64,000 nt of DNA, taken from positions 288,001-352,000 of the forward strand of contig CAVTBU010000008.1 in the NCBI GenBank assembly GCA_963733035.1, written 5' to 3'. Made by a program: the position numbers and the translations under genes. A model generated the notes under the pieces. The model saw only the letters and a list, made by a program, of their open reading frames with translations, had not been told where the DNA came from and ran no database searches. The stretch's first letter is position 1; every line of letters starts with the position of its first letter. Shown one piece after another: positions 30,683-39,489 of this stretch. The stretch comes from Pirellulales bacterium. GTDB taxonomy: Bacteria; Planctomycetota; Planctomycetia; Pirellulales; PALSA-1355.

Positions 30683-30911
30683 GTCCGATTCCTTCCCTTT
30701 CCTTAACCGCCAGACGGGCGTCCGGGCTGGGTCCGCAGTAGCCTTCCCTGGCAATCGTCCACACTGGGTTCACAAAGTCGCCTTCGCCATAGACGTGGAT
30801 GGCATCGACGTACTTCATGTTCTGCGCGAACAGTTGGGTAGCTTCCTGTTGGGCTTCCTCAAAAGTCGGCCACCAGCCGAGTTGGTTGTCGAACCAAATA
30901 GCGAACTTCAT
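30669..30911 (-). CDS. Hypothetical protein (80 aa)
   Basis: ATGA overlap with the upstream Zn-finger gene, overlaps the downstream gene start. Confidence 0.55.
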   Translation of the reverse strand: MKFAIWFDNQLGWWPTFEEAQQEATQLFAQNMKYVDAIHVYGEGDFVNPVWTIAREGYCGPSPDARLAVKEREGIGHECV

Positions 30912-31126
30912 GGTTGTTGCCCTGCCCCGATGATGGTGGTCTTCACAAACTCGTGTTGGCAAGCAGGGTTGAGGCATTGGTGCCGGTAGGTCGTTGACGT
31001 GTGGACCTTCTCAGCCTCGTCTGCAAAGGCGGTTTCCATTCGGGTGATTTCCGACTGAGCCTTGCACTTGGGGCAGGGCACGTTGGTGATGTTCCCCGCC
31101 ACTGGATCGGTGATTCTGGTAGGCAT
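30908..31126 (-). CDS. Ogr/Delta-like zinc-finger protein
   Basis: CPKC...YRHQCLNPACQHEFVKT. Confidence 0.6.
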   Translation of the reverse strand: MPTRITDPVAGNITNVPCPKCKAQSEITRMETAFADEAEKVHTSTTYRHQCLNPACQHEFVKTTIIGAGQQP

Positions 31127-31128
31127 TT

Positions 31129-31224
31129 TTATTTCTTTGGTGGGGCTTTCGGGGCGGGTGGCTTCTCTTGGGTCTTCGTAGGCTTCGGATTCGAGCCGCC
31201 TTTGACTTTCTTGGGATCGACCAC
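31129..31224 (-). CDS. Pro/Lys-rich peptide 5 (31 aa) MVDPKKVKGGSNPKPTKTQEKPPAPKAPPKK
   Basis: GTG start behind AGGAGG; stop 2 nt before the next ATG; not in ORF track. Confidence 0.75.
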   Translation of the reverse strand: MVDPKKVKGGSNPKPTKTQEKPPAPKAPPKK

Positions 31225-31236
31225 TAGGCGAACCTC

Positions 31237-31375
31237 CTATTTAGACTTCCGTGGTGGTGGTGCTGGCGGCGCTGGTGGGCGTGCTGGCGGTCGCGGTGGA
31301 GTGATTGGACGCTGTGAACTTCGGATAGGACAGCGGCCATTAAAAGCCGTTGTTGACAGGAATGTTGTCGGACAT
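31237..31375 (-). CDS. Pro-rich peptide 4 (45 aa after removing one T) MSDNIPVNNGFNGRCPIRSSQRPITPPRPPARPPAPPAPPPRKSK
   Basis: ATG behind GGAGAA; as assembled a T4 run near 31342-31345 gives a premature stop, T3 restores the ORF. Confidence 0.65.
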
Positions 31376-31378
31376 AGT

Positions 31379-31579
31379 TCATTCTCCCGATTTCGGTGTG
31401 GCGGGCGGCTGTGCCGTGGTCGCGGTCTGAGCGACCGGAGCGGTGGCCGGGGCGGGTGGTTTAGCTAACGATACGGGCCTGCTTCCTGTCCGGCCAGCCT
31501 TTATCTGCACTTCACCGGGGGCAGGGCCGTTCAACCCTTCCATAATGTGTTCAACAGCGCGTAGTTCGTCGTCGGACAT
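31379..31579 (-). CDS. Pro-rich peptide 3 (66 aa) MSDDELRAVEHIMEGLNGPAP...AKPPAPATAP...PPATPKSGE
   Basis: ATG behind AGGGAG; 3' part of ORF 31379-31660. Confidence 0.75.
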   Translation of the reverse strand: MSDDELRAVEHIMEGLNGPAPGEVQIKAGRTGSRPVSLAKPPAPATAPVAQTATTAQPPATPKSGE

Positions 31580-31589
31580 TCGAGTCTCC

Positions 31590-31721
31590 CTACTTCGATT
31601 TTTTAGGTGGGGCCGCTGGCGCGGGCGGCTTGGCGGTCTTGGGTGACTTGGCTTGTACACCCTCTTGAAGTATGCGCCGTGTCTTCTGTCCTGTACGTGA
31701 GTAACGGTCTTTGTTTGGCAT
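31590..31721 (-). CDS. Pro/Lys-rich peptide 2 (43 aa) MPNKDRYSRTGQKTRRILQEGVQAKSPKTAKPPAPAAPPKKSK
   Basis: ATG behind GGAG; not in ORF track. Confidence 0.75.
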   Translation of the reverse strand: MPNKDRYSRTGQKTRRILQEGVQAKSPKTAKPPAPAAPPKKSK

Positions 31722-31732
31722 TATCAACTCCG

Positions 31733-31882
31733 TTAGCTCGGATTCTTCGGCGGCTTGGGCGGGGCTGGCGGCGCTGGCGGCTTCGCTGCCTGCGGTCTGC
31801 CCTGCGCTCCACGCTGACCATCAGTTGCACAAGCGTCTCGCTGCCTGCGGTTTGGTGAAGGGGTTGGAACTTTGCTTCCCAT
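31733..31882 (-). CDS. Pro/Lys-rich peptide 1 (49 aa) MGSKVPTPSPNRRQRDACATDGQRGAQGRPQAAKPPAPPAPPKPPKNPS
   Basis: ATG behind AAAGG; 3' part of ORF 31733-31927. Confidence 0.75.
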   Translation of the reverse strand: MGSKVPTPSPNRRQRDACATDGQRGAQGRPQAAKPPAPPAPPKPPKNPS

Positions 31883-31930
31883 GTTGGTTTGACCTTTCGG
31901 ACTAACTGGCGATTGCGTCTTGCCCAACCA

Positions 31931-32611
31931 TTATACCGGATTCCCGTTCGTGGCCTCGCGCTCGTACACGTATTTTGCAAACTCCACTCGCTCAACATCC
32001 TTGGCGCGTATCAAGACGATGGAAACGTCGTCCAGCTTCAATTTCGTCGAGCCGTCATCGTTGATCCACTCAGCCTCGGCCATAATGAAATGGCCGTTAT
32101 CCGGCTGGTCGGGCCATTCTTCCGCCCAGCCGTACAATCGCCTTCCATCCTCAAGATTCAAAACGATGTACCGTTGCCCTTCGCAATGGAAGGCGCTGTA
32201 CCATTCGCCGGGATAAGCTGTTCGCTTTGTCCAAACCCATCCGGTCGGCAGTTCGCCCTCGGGAATTTTCTCAAAATTCCACCGTCGTGAACTGAGGAAT
32301 CCGTGGATGGTGTTGTTGTTCGCGAGCGAAGCAATCGCAAGCCCGAACAAGAGGGCAATTAACAGCGACCAGCCGAGCGCCACGTCGGTGGTCCAGTCGC
32401 CGAGAATGAACGTCACCTGCCCCAGCCAAAAAAGAAGCTGACGAACGATTGCCGTGAGCACCTGAATTATGGCGCTGAACACCAGCGCCTGAACCGTGCG
32501 CTCGAATTGGTCCCGTCTCGGGTGAGCCGTGAGTCCGTAGAAGACCCATGCCGCGAGAAACCCCGGCATGAGGGCCAGAACGATGGCGATGATGTCCTTG
32601 GAAGGAAGCAT
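31931..32611 (-). CDS. DUF6338-like membrane protein
   Basis: LMPGFLAAWVFY, three TM helices, then W..AF..YIVLNLEDGRRLYGW..WP..HFIM..WI..VLIRAKDVERVEF small beta-barrel. Confidence 0.75.
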   Translation of the reverse strand: MLPSKDIIAIVLALMPGFLAAWVFYGLTAHPRRDQFERTVQALVFSAIIQVLTAIVRQLLFWLGQVTFILGDWTTDVALGWSLLIALLFGLAIASLANNNTIHGFLSSRRWNFEKIPEGELPTGWVWTKRTAYPGEWYSAFHCEGQRYIVLNLEDGRRLYGWAEEWPDQPDNGHFIMAEAEWINDDGSTKLKLDDVSIVLIRAKDVERVEFAKYVYEREATNGNPV

Positions 32612-32768
32612 TTGCGCAGCCTCAAGTGCCTGTTCACTTGTCCATTAAAGCTAGCAAATTCCCCGATGGGAGGGAAGGCCGATTTTTCGGCCACCCTTGG
32701 TTGGCCAATTTGCCGCAACTCTGCTACAGTCCCCACCCCTCGCAACGAACGCAACCAAGGGGCCACGG

Positions 32769-32930
32769 ATGGCACCGCACCCGCTCGAATCTCAGTACGG
32801 ATTGACGGCGCTCGAATTGCTGGACGCCATCGGCAGTAGGTTCCGGCTGAAAGATCGGCACTACTCCAAAGATTCGGAACTGAGATTCAGCGAGCCGCAA
32901 GAGGCGGCCGGCGAAAAGTTGTTGTTCTAA
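32769..32930 (+). pseudogene. Short probable gene remnant
   Basis: MAPHPLESQYGLTALELLDAIGSRFRLK looks protein-like, then degenerates and stops at 53 aa. Confidence 0.3.
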
Positions 32931-33715
32931 GGGGCAGTCGGCACAGCGCTTGGGTCGGGTGCGTGCGTCCGCCAATAATCCAAACAGTAAGGATTGATGA
33001 TGGTGATGGGGCCACCGCCGTTGTCGTTTAGGTCCGGGTACATTTGCGTGTATTTGTACGAACTGGAATCAAAGCTAGTCGTGACGTTCTGTCCACGACC
33101 AAAGCTGCCACCAGCACTACCGCTTGTGCTATTCCCCATTGAATAGTAACTGCCTCCAAAGCCACCAGCACTACCGCCAGTAGTGTTGCCATAGCCAAGA
33201 TAGCCGCCATTTCCGCCGAATCCGCCCGTACCAACGCCTACTTGGCGGGTGTTGCTTTTGGCAGACGAGCCGGCCACGTCCATCGTGGTCATGTCGCCAC
33301 GCTCTCTCAGGTATTCCTCATGTCGTACTTTTGCGTCGGCGACTTGTTGCTTGTTGTATGCCAATGCCCAAGCCCGGAATTCGGCATCGGTGCACGTTGC
33401 GAAGTCGATGCCTTTGACAACAACAACCGGTGCAACGATCCGATCCGAGACGGTGACGCCATTGGATAGGATGATTTCCTTGGCGTTGGCGGCAACGGCC
33501 ATCATCACGACCAGTGCGGCTCCAATCAGCCTCAAGAACGGTAAGCGACGTGCGAGACGCAACGTCGCGTGCTGCTCGGGTGTGGGTGATACATGCAAGA
33601 CGCGCGGATTTCCATAATTGGCGTCTCGCACAACGACATGGGCCACACCATCGAAATACGTGATGATGTCTGTTGCCCCAATGCCGCAAGATGCTAACTC
33701 GTGTGTGTGAATCAT
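32927..33715 (-). CDS. Hypothetical protein with internal signal-like helix and Gly/Ser-rich region
   Basis: LRLIGAALVVMMAVAANA; GGFGGNGGYLGYG..GGSAGGFGGSYY; ATGA overlap with the HTH gene. Confidence 0.6.
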   Translation of the reverse strand: MIHTHELASCGIGATDIITYFDGVAHVVVRDANYGNPRVLHVSPTPEQHATLRLARRLPFLRLIGAALVVMMAVAANAKEIILSNGVTVSDRIVAPVVVVKGIDFATCTDAEFRAWALAYNKQQVADAKVRHEEYLRERGDMTTMDVAGSSAKSNTRQVGVGTGGFGGNGGYLGYGNTTGGSAGGFGGSYYSMGNSTSGSAGGSFGRGQNVTTSFDSSSYKYTQMYPDLNDNGGGPITIINPYCLDYWRTHAPDPSAVPTAP

Positions 33716-33906
33716 GGTTGTTTGCCCTTCAATTCGAGTTTGAAGAAATCGCACAATTTCTGCGCAGCGTTGAGACTCAATCCCCTAGTCCCTACGCGAA
33801 AACGTTGGATTGTTCCTTGGTCAATTCCAGTCTGGCGGGCAAGGTCCAAATCGTTTCCATGTTCCTTGACCTTGCGACGTAAGGTCTGTTCGATTTGCTT
33901 GGTCAT
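33712..33906 (-). CDS. Small Cro/XRE-like HTH protein
   Basis: DLARQTGIDQGTIQRFRVGTRGLSLNAAQKLCDFF; AGGAG RBS. Confidence 0.8.
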   Translation of the reverse strand: MTKQIEQTLRRKVKEHGNDLDLARQTGIDQGTIQRFRVGTRGLSLNAAQKLCDFFKLELKGKQP

Positions 33907-34126
33907 TGGGCTTCTCCTATTTGAATTATGGCATTCTGCCATACCTGCGACAAGCCCTATCCTATGGAATATAGCCATATGGCACAATTCCAATGTCTGG
34001 CGGGTCCGATTGTGCCTAGCGGTCAAAGCAAGTGATATGGCCGATCTTGATGGAATCAAGGTTGCTTCGGTGTAATTCCAAGCAAGGCTAGAAGTAGGTC
34101 AAGACTTCCAACTTGGAGCTACTTCA

Positions 34127-34423
34127 ATGACAGACTGGCAAGACATGAAAGTAGGGGAACTCGCGGACGTGATAGGCGTCCCGGCCTGCAAGGTCTATAC
34201 CGCCTTGCTCCAACTGAGAAACCAACAGCGAGCCCAAGCAATGCAGAGTTGGGAACTGGTCGCCGCATTCGAGCGACATGGCGTGCCGAAGCAAGACCAC
34301 CGCGCCCTTACACTGCTTATCAGGCTGGGGAAAGCCTCACGTCGTTTGCAGGCGCGACGTGCTGAGTTTCAGTCTTGCCTAAACGAAATCTGGGGAATCA
34401 TAACCAAGCGTGAAAAGTGCTAG
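34127..34423 (+). CDS. Hypothetical protein, possible HTH, divergent from the Cro-like gene
   Basis: MKVGELADVIGVPACKVYTAL; GGAG RBS. Confidence 0.5.
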   Translation: MTDWQDMKVGELADVIGVPACKVYTALLQLRNQQRAQAMQSWELVAAFERHGVPKQDHRALTLLIRLGKASRRLQARRAEFQSCLNEIWGIITKREKC

Positions 34424-34432
34424 AATTCAAGT

Positions 34433-34609
34433 ATGGATGAAGACCAGCAAGCCGAACTAGAAATGCACCTTGCCGCCGGAACCGACATTCCGACCGCCTT
34501 CGCGGCTGTCCAAGGCGACGAACCGCCGCAAGGGCGGGGCCGATTCGTGGCAACCACAATCGGCGTGATAGTGGCCTTGCTTTTTATGATTCTCTGGCTC
34601 TGCGCATGA
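34433..34609 (+). CDS. Small membrane protein (58 aa)
   Basis: MDEDQQAELEMHLAAGTDIPTAFAAVQGDEPPQGRGRFVATTIGVIVALLFMILWLCA; below ORF-track cutoff. Confidence 0.5.
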   Translation: MDEDQQAELEMHLAAGTDIPTAFAAVQGDEPPQGRGRFVATTIGVIVALLFMILWLCA

Positions 34610-34685
34610 AAAACCCCAACTGGCCGAAGCCAGTTGGGGGCAATCATGGTGCAACAAACCATGCTTGTGCGACTGTTGCACAGCG

Positions 34686-35707
34686 CTATTCGATCTTGAA
34701 ACCGAATTGTGCCGCCTGTCTACCTCGGAAGGTGTCCAAGGGCCGGTCGTGTCGGGATTCGTCTCAAAGATTTCAGACTTTTGAACGTAATCGGTACTGC
34801 CGATGGTTTGGGCTGAGCCTTCCCCGGTCGTCGTGCCGCTCTTTGCTAGTAGCTTCACGTCTAGCGGGCTCGCGTCCGTTTGTCGGCAAACTGTGTTGAC
34901 CGTGACAGCAAAAACTTGACTGACGTTGACCAAGTTTTGATGGTCATACAAGTCGATGTCGCTGGCGGCGCCCGTCACGTAATCCGTGTCATCGTTAGCC
35001 GGGTTGTCATCGACGAGCGCATAGTTGTCGGTCCCGGTGCTCGGCGTACAGTCAACCGCACCATCCCCATTTGGAAAGGTGGTCTGAACCTTAAACGACC
35101 CAAGAAAGTCGTTGTTCGTCGCGCCGCTTTCGTCCAAAACGTAGAAGTCATCAAAATGAAACTGCACCCCAAGGATATTTGATCCCACGATGCGAATGGC
35201 ATTTGTATAGGCGTTGCTCGCGGGCTGGGTGTCGATGCCCGTGGCCGACAGCAGGGTTATGCCGTTTACACGCAATTCGTACTCGCCGGCCGAGTTGTCC
35301 ACCTTGACGCGCAACTCAACTGTTGCCCAAGTATCGACGGGCAAGACTTGGCCGCTAGTCGTGGCAAGATGCGTGGTGTCGAAATAGATCGACCATTCCC
35401 CGCTTGTTTGTCGCCGCAGATTGATTCCGACGTTGGAACCGTCGAGAAACTCGCAGATTCGTGACTCCGCAGCGATTGCGAATGCCGCTTTGAATCCGAA
35501 GCCACAGATTAGTGTTTGTGTCGCTGGAAGCGAGACACCACAAAAGTTAGCCGGGTCAAGGCTGACGGCTTTCCCGCTAATGCGACCATCACGCACACGC
35601 ATGAAGCTAGAGATACTGCCATCGGTCCATTTACGTGCCATACCGCTAGGCGTGACGTTATTCGTTGCACCATAGGCGTCAAAGCCGTCAATGAAGATGA
35701 TCGACAC
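34686..35707 (-). CDS. Beta-sandwich (LamG/ConA-like) protein resembling phage virion proteins, frameshift near 34715
   Basis: IFIDGFDAYG, WATVELRVKVD..GEYELRVNG, FHFDDFYVLD; alternative frame gives a compact end AAQFGFKIE* at 34686. Confidence 0.6.
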
Positions 35708-35896
35708 AGTTTAGGATTCCTTCCTTGGTTGGGGCTTGGCCGGTGGAGCCGCACACAAGACTTCGATGTAAACTATTTCTTTTTCTGACATGGTGATTCC
35801 ATTGTTGTGTAGAAATAAAAAGCGTCGGGGCACTGGGTGCGGTACCCCGACGCACTGTCGGGCTGCGAGGATTCACCCCGACAAGTTTCGCAACGG

Positions 35897-36673
35897 CTAG
35901 GCCGTTGTCTCTCCGCTGATTTCTTCGGGCTCAGCTTCGGGCTGTTCGATTGTCTCGCGTACTTCAGCGGCGGCTAGCTTCAGTTTCTCCGACTGTTCGG
36001 CCAGCGCATCCGACCTTTCCGTGAGCACGGCTGTGCGCTCAGCTTCAAAGGCAGCATTCGCTTTCCAGAATCGTTCCGTGTCGCCTGTCTCAGTGAGCGT
36101 CCGCAGTTCGCGGCGATAATTCTCCAACCACGGTTGACAAACCGGGTCGGGGTTTGTGCTGAGCCTCGCTATCCAAGCCTGTCCATACAGCTTCGCATCG
36201 ACTACTTCTGTCGAGTTCAACTTGGCTTGGTGAGCCTCTTTCCCCGCGAGTTGGACATCGAAGGCGTCTGCTGACTTAATGGCCATTTCCAATCGCATCT
36301 TGATGCCGGCATGTTCGCGGGGCGGTCGGTTGGCCAACTCGCGTTCCAAGAAATCCACTCTGGCGCGGTAGGGGTTGTCTGTCTCGGATCGTTGAGTTGA
36401 GCCTTGGCCGCCCCCGTCCGTTTTGATCTTTTCTCGCAACGGACGGGCATCCTTTACAAAATCGGTATTGCGAAGTAGCTCGGAGGGTGTCAACTCGCGG
36501 CCAATGGTCGCAAGGGCTCTGGCTTGCGTAGCCTCGACAATTGCATTCGTCTCACGCTGCATTTCACTCTGTTGTGCGCGCGCTTTGTCGCCTGGCTTGT
36601 TCTTGTCGAATTTGTAGGTTCGGCGTTGGCCGCCGATATACGAAACGAATGAATCACGATTCACGGTGTACAT
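35897..36673 (-). CDS. Hypothetical charged helical/coiled-coil protein
   Basis: 258-aa ORF, E/K/A-rich, GGA RBS. Confidence 0.6.
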   Translation of the reverse strand: MYTVNRDSFVSYIGGQRRTYKFDKNKPGDKARAQQSEMQRETNAIVEATQARALATIGRELTPSELLRNTDFVKDARPLREKIKTDGGGQGSTQRSETDNPYRARVDFLERELANRPPREHAGIKMRLEMAIKSADAFDVQLAGKEAHQAKLNSTEVVDAKLYGQAWIARLSTNPDPVCQPWLENYRRELRTLTETGDTERFWKANAAFEAERTAVLTERSDALAEQSEKLKLAAAEVRETIEQPEAEPEEISGETTA

Positions 36674-37476
36674 GGTTTTCCTCGATAGGGTAGTGTATCA
36701 GCCAACGCGCCTTCCGCTGGTACAGGCCGGCGTCGCGCATAGTCTTGGTCAAGAATGCTTAGGGTGCCATCCCACGATTCGGATTCGATTCCCGGCGCAA
36801 TGCTCCAATGGTTGACGCAATCACGGGCGTCTAGTGGTACATCGACGCCATCAAGATACTTGTGGGACTCGGATGGGTTGTGCTGGTGTAGGAACCAGAC
36901 ACGTTGCCAGAGCGATTCGAGCCCGGCATCTAGCTGCACGACAGGCGCGATCGACGCACAAGCGATAACCTCGCAACTTGGCGCGAGTGTGTGTGCATGA
37001 ATTTGATTTGCCACGTCTACCTTGATCATGGCTTCATGGAGATATGATAAATGCGTCCAACTCAAATCATGCGGGATGCGAACGATTTCTAGTTCGCTTC
37101 GTAGGATCGCAGCCCGCCCGATTCTCGGCTCTAAGTAATCGTTGAATCGACCGCGAATCGCGGCTAGGCCGAACCCGATTCGCTTGCGAATTGGAACGTG
37201 ACGCTTGGCAAGATCGGCTTGCCAAGTCGCTCGCCAGTATCTCCGCTCACGTTCCCAAGCAAACCTTCCGTCGGCAGTTCGTTTGCCATTGCACTTGGAC
37301 AGAGGCCCAAGCGTGCGAGGGTCAACTTGCTGGCAGCCGGGGAATCGTCGCGGCCAACGTGCAAGGTCGGCGAAATAGATGCGTCGGATTATCTTTGGCG
37401 TGCTTGGCTTCTGACCACGAGAATCTGGCGGGTCATCAATCTGGACAAGGCACAACGTCATCGGCGGCCCAGTCAT
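36661..37476 (-). CDS. Hypothetical protein
   Basis: 271-aa ORF co-directional with neighbours; no motif recognised. Confidence 0.35.
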   Translation of the reverse strand: MTGPPMTLCLVQIDDPPDSRGQKPSTPKIIRRIYFADLARWPRRFPGCQQVDPRTLGPLSKCNGKRTADGRFAWERERRYWRATWQADLAKRHVPIRKRIGFGLAAIRGRFNDYLEPRIGRAAILRSELEIVRIPHDLSWTHLSYLHEAMIKVDVANQIHAHTLAPSCEVIACASIAPVVQLDAGLESLWQRVWFLHQHNPSESHKYLDGVDVPLDARDCVNHWSIAPGIESESWDGTLSILDQDYARRRPVPAEGALADTLPYRGKPCTP

Positions 37477-37743
37477 AGGACCGGGCGAGCGGTATGGTAC
37501 TACAGCCGTCTAGCAAGGGGCCGGGGCGCACAGAATCGCAGGGGCTTGCCGTCGTAGAGATACTGCCATGTACTCATTTGCTTTCCTTGACGGCTTGTGC
37601 CTTTTGCTGAGCGGCTTTGCGTTCGGCTTCGCGGGCTCGCTCATTGGCTGCTGCATTGGCCCTTGCAATTTCTATCTCTCGTTTAGTAGGCATCGGAATA
37701 CCTCGCTTGACTGGCCGCGAGCGCGTCGCGGGCTTCGATGGTC

Positions 37744-37998
37744 TTACGTCGGCACGCTTCGACGCTGGGCCGCCAGCCGGGCGGTAAACCTATAGGCGGG
37801 GGCGTTGGTGCGGGCATGTTGCGAGTGCTCTTGAAAAGCCCCGGTTGCCATTTCTGCAAGCTTGTCAATCGCGCCGCTCTGGCGAATGACGATGGCCTCG
37901 AACGCACTTCGCAGAATCGATACGCAACTCGCGGCAACGTCCAAAGCGCCAGCCGCCTTAGCAGCGCGGATACAGCGACCTAAAGCATCGTCGGCCAT
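37744..37998 (-). CDS. Hypothetical protein
   Basis: ATG 4 nt after the upstream stop with GAGG; helical composition. Confidence 0.4.
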   Translation of the reverse strand: MADDALGRCIRAAKAAGALDVAASCVSILRSAFEAIVIRQSGAIDKLAEMATGAFQEHSQHARTNAPAYRFTARLAAQRRSVPT

Positions 37999-38002
37999 TG
38001 GA

Positions 38003-38239
38003 CTAGCCTCGCAAGTAATTGAGGCGAGCGGCCATGTCGCGGACGGCCAAGTCGTGGCTTGATCCGGCGGCACTGGTTAACTGGTTGAGGCAGTCAGTCA
38101 CCGGATCGTCGCTTGTCGGTGATGCGTCAATCAGAGCGAGCAATTGGAGTACGAGCATCGGGTATGCGGACTCCACGCTCCCGGCCGGGGATGCGCCTTG
38201 TGCATATCGCTGATACAGTTTAGTTGGGGCGTTTGCCAT
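38003..38239 (-). CDS. Hypothetical protein
   Basis: MANAPTKLYQRY, AAAGG upstream. Confidence 0.45.
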   Translation of the reverse strand: MANAPTKLYQRYAQGASPAGSVESAYPMLVLQLLALIDASPTSDDPVTDCLNQLTSAAGSSHDLAVRDMAARLNYLRG

Positions 38240-38316
38240 CGAAAACCTTTCAAGGAATGACGCGAAGTGTGAATGGCGGCCCGTTGCGTCGGATCGGTGC
38301 CGCTTATTTAAGAACG

Positions 38317-38613
38317 TCACGAGTGGGGAAATCTGGGCAGACTAAAGCCACTCGTGACGTGAGCCACACCACCCCCACGTCGGCTTTGGATGGTTGCCGT
38401 GCTACCGGCCGGCTCGGCAAGGCGGTCGTTACGCCTTGCTGCTTCGTTCGCGGGGATAGAGGGAGATCGTAGAGAGACACGCAAAGGCGTTGTGCTGTAA
38501 GCAGAATCTTTTAATGCTGCATCCTGACACGATTCGCAGATTCCTTCCCTTGTGTAAACTTTCAATTCGTTCGTTTTGCACACTGGGCAAAGGTCATCGG
38601 GCTTCACTGTCAT
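38317..38613 (-). CDS. Small protein with N-terminal Zn ribbon
   Basis: CPVC..CESC; overlaps the end of the upstream gene. Confidence 0.45.
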   Translation of the reverse strand: MTVKPDDLCPVCKTNELKVYTREGICESCQDAALKDSAYSTTPLRVSLRSPSIPANEAARRNDRLAEPAGSTATIQSRRGGGVAHVTSGFSLPRFPHS

Positions 38614-39223
38614 ACCTCTTGAGGATCGCTTTCAATCGTTTTTTCACGTCGGCCTCTGTGAGCCCGAGATGCAAAGCCACGTCAGCCGGGGAGCCGCCAT
38701 GCTCGCATAGGCGGATAATTTGTTTGTCGGTTTCATCTTGGCAGGCGTGGTTGAGTGAGTCGCGCACTTCCAAGAGCGTTGTCGGATCGGCGACTTCGGA
38801 GCAGACGGTAAACTCATTCAGCGTGGTTGTGTCTGGCGGAAAATCATCCTCAATACCATCGAGCTTTCGACGTTTGAGCGTACGGGCAGAGTAGCCGCGC
38901 GGAACTGGCCACGCGGTTCGTCGAATTGCTGACTTTACGCACGTTGCGATATAGGCGTCTGGATTCTCGTGCTTTTTTCCGAGTAGAGCGTGTGCCGCTT
39001 CAACGACGGCAAGCGTTGCCTCGCCGTTCAACTCGTCGGCAAGGTATCGGCGGTCGGGATTCAGTCGCAGAAATTTTCGGACCTGCCCCAGAGCGGCCGT
39101 ACCATTGTCGAGGATAATTTTTTCGATCCATCTTTTCTCGGCGGCCGTTAGTGCAGCGAGAGCGTCATTGTCTTTGTTCTTCAGGTGGACAGCCCCGGTG
39201 CGGGGCGGGCGTAGATCATGCAT
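38594..39223 (-). CDS. Sigma-factor-like protein (region 2-like helix and C-terminal HTH)
   Basis: ADELNGEATLAVVEAA..PDAYIATCVKSAIRR..DKQIIRLCEHGGSPADVALHLGLTEADVKKRLKAI; start uncertain. Confidence 0.55.
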   Translation of the reverse strand: MHDLRPPRTGAVHLKNKDNDALAALTAAEKRWIEKIILDNGTAALGQVRKFLRLNPDRRYLADELNGEATLAVVEAAHALLGKKHENPDAYIATCVKSAIRRTAWPVPRGYSARTLKRRKLDGIEDDFPPDTTTLNEFTVCSEVADPTTLLEVRDSLNHACQDETDKQIIRLCEHGGSPADVALHLGLTEADVKKRLKAILKRYDSEAR

Positions 39224-39231
39224 GGTGTGAT

Positions 39232-39489
39232 TCACGGGAGAGGAGGGGCGGGCGGGTTCGCCTTTGACCGCTGAGAAGCAATCGAGACGCCATTGGTCGA
39301 GCGACCTTGGGCGGCAGCGAGACGTTGAGCTACTACGCGGTCGTGATCTTCGCGCGTGTGCAAGGTGCCGATCGGAAAAAGGCCATGCTTTGACTCGAAT
39401 CCGTAGAGAATCCAATGTTCCATCACGCCATCCGGGCGGGTGATGGTCTTGTCTGGATAGACCCAGGGCGGGGGATTGCGTTTGGACAT
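39232..39489 (-). CDS. Hypothetical protein
   Basis: MSKRNPPPWVYPDKTITRPDGVMEHWILY; co-directional. Confidence 0.3.
   Translation of the reverse strand: MSKRNPPPWVYPDKTITRPDGVMEHWILYGFESKHGLFPIGTLHTREDHDRVVAQRLAAAQGRSTNGVSIASQRSKANPPAPPLP

Noticed and set aside
31001..31998. ORF-track calls 31001-31468(+), 31603-31998(-) and the extended 31379-31660
   Set aside because: Better explained by five short minus-strand ORFs with SD sites and shared motifs
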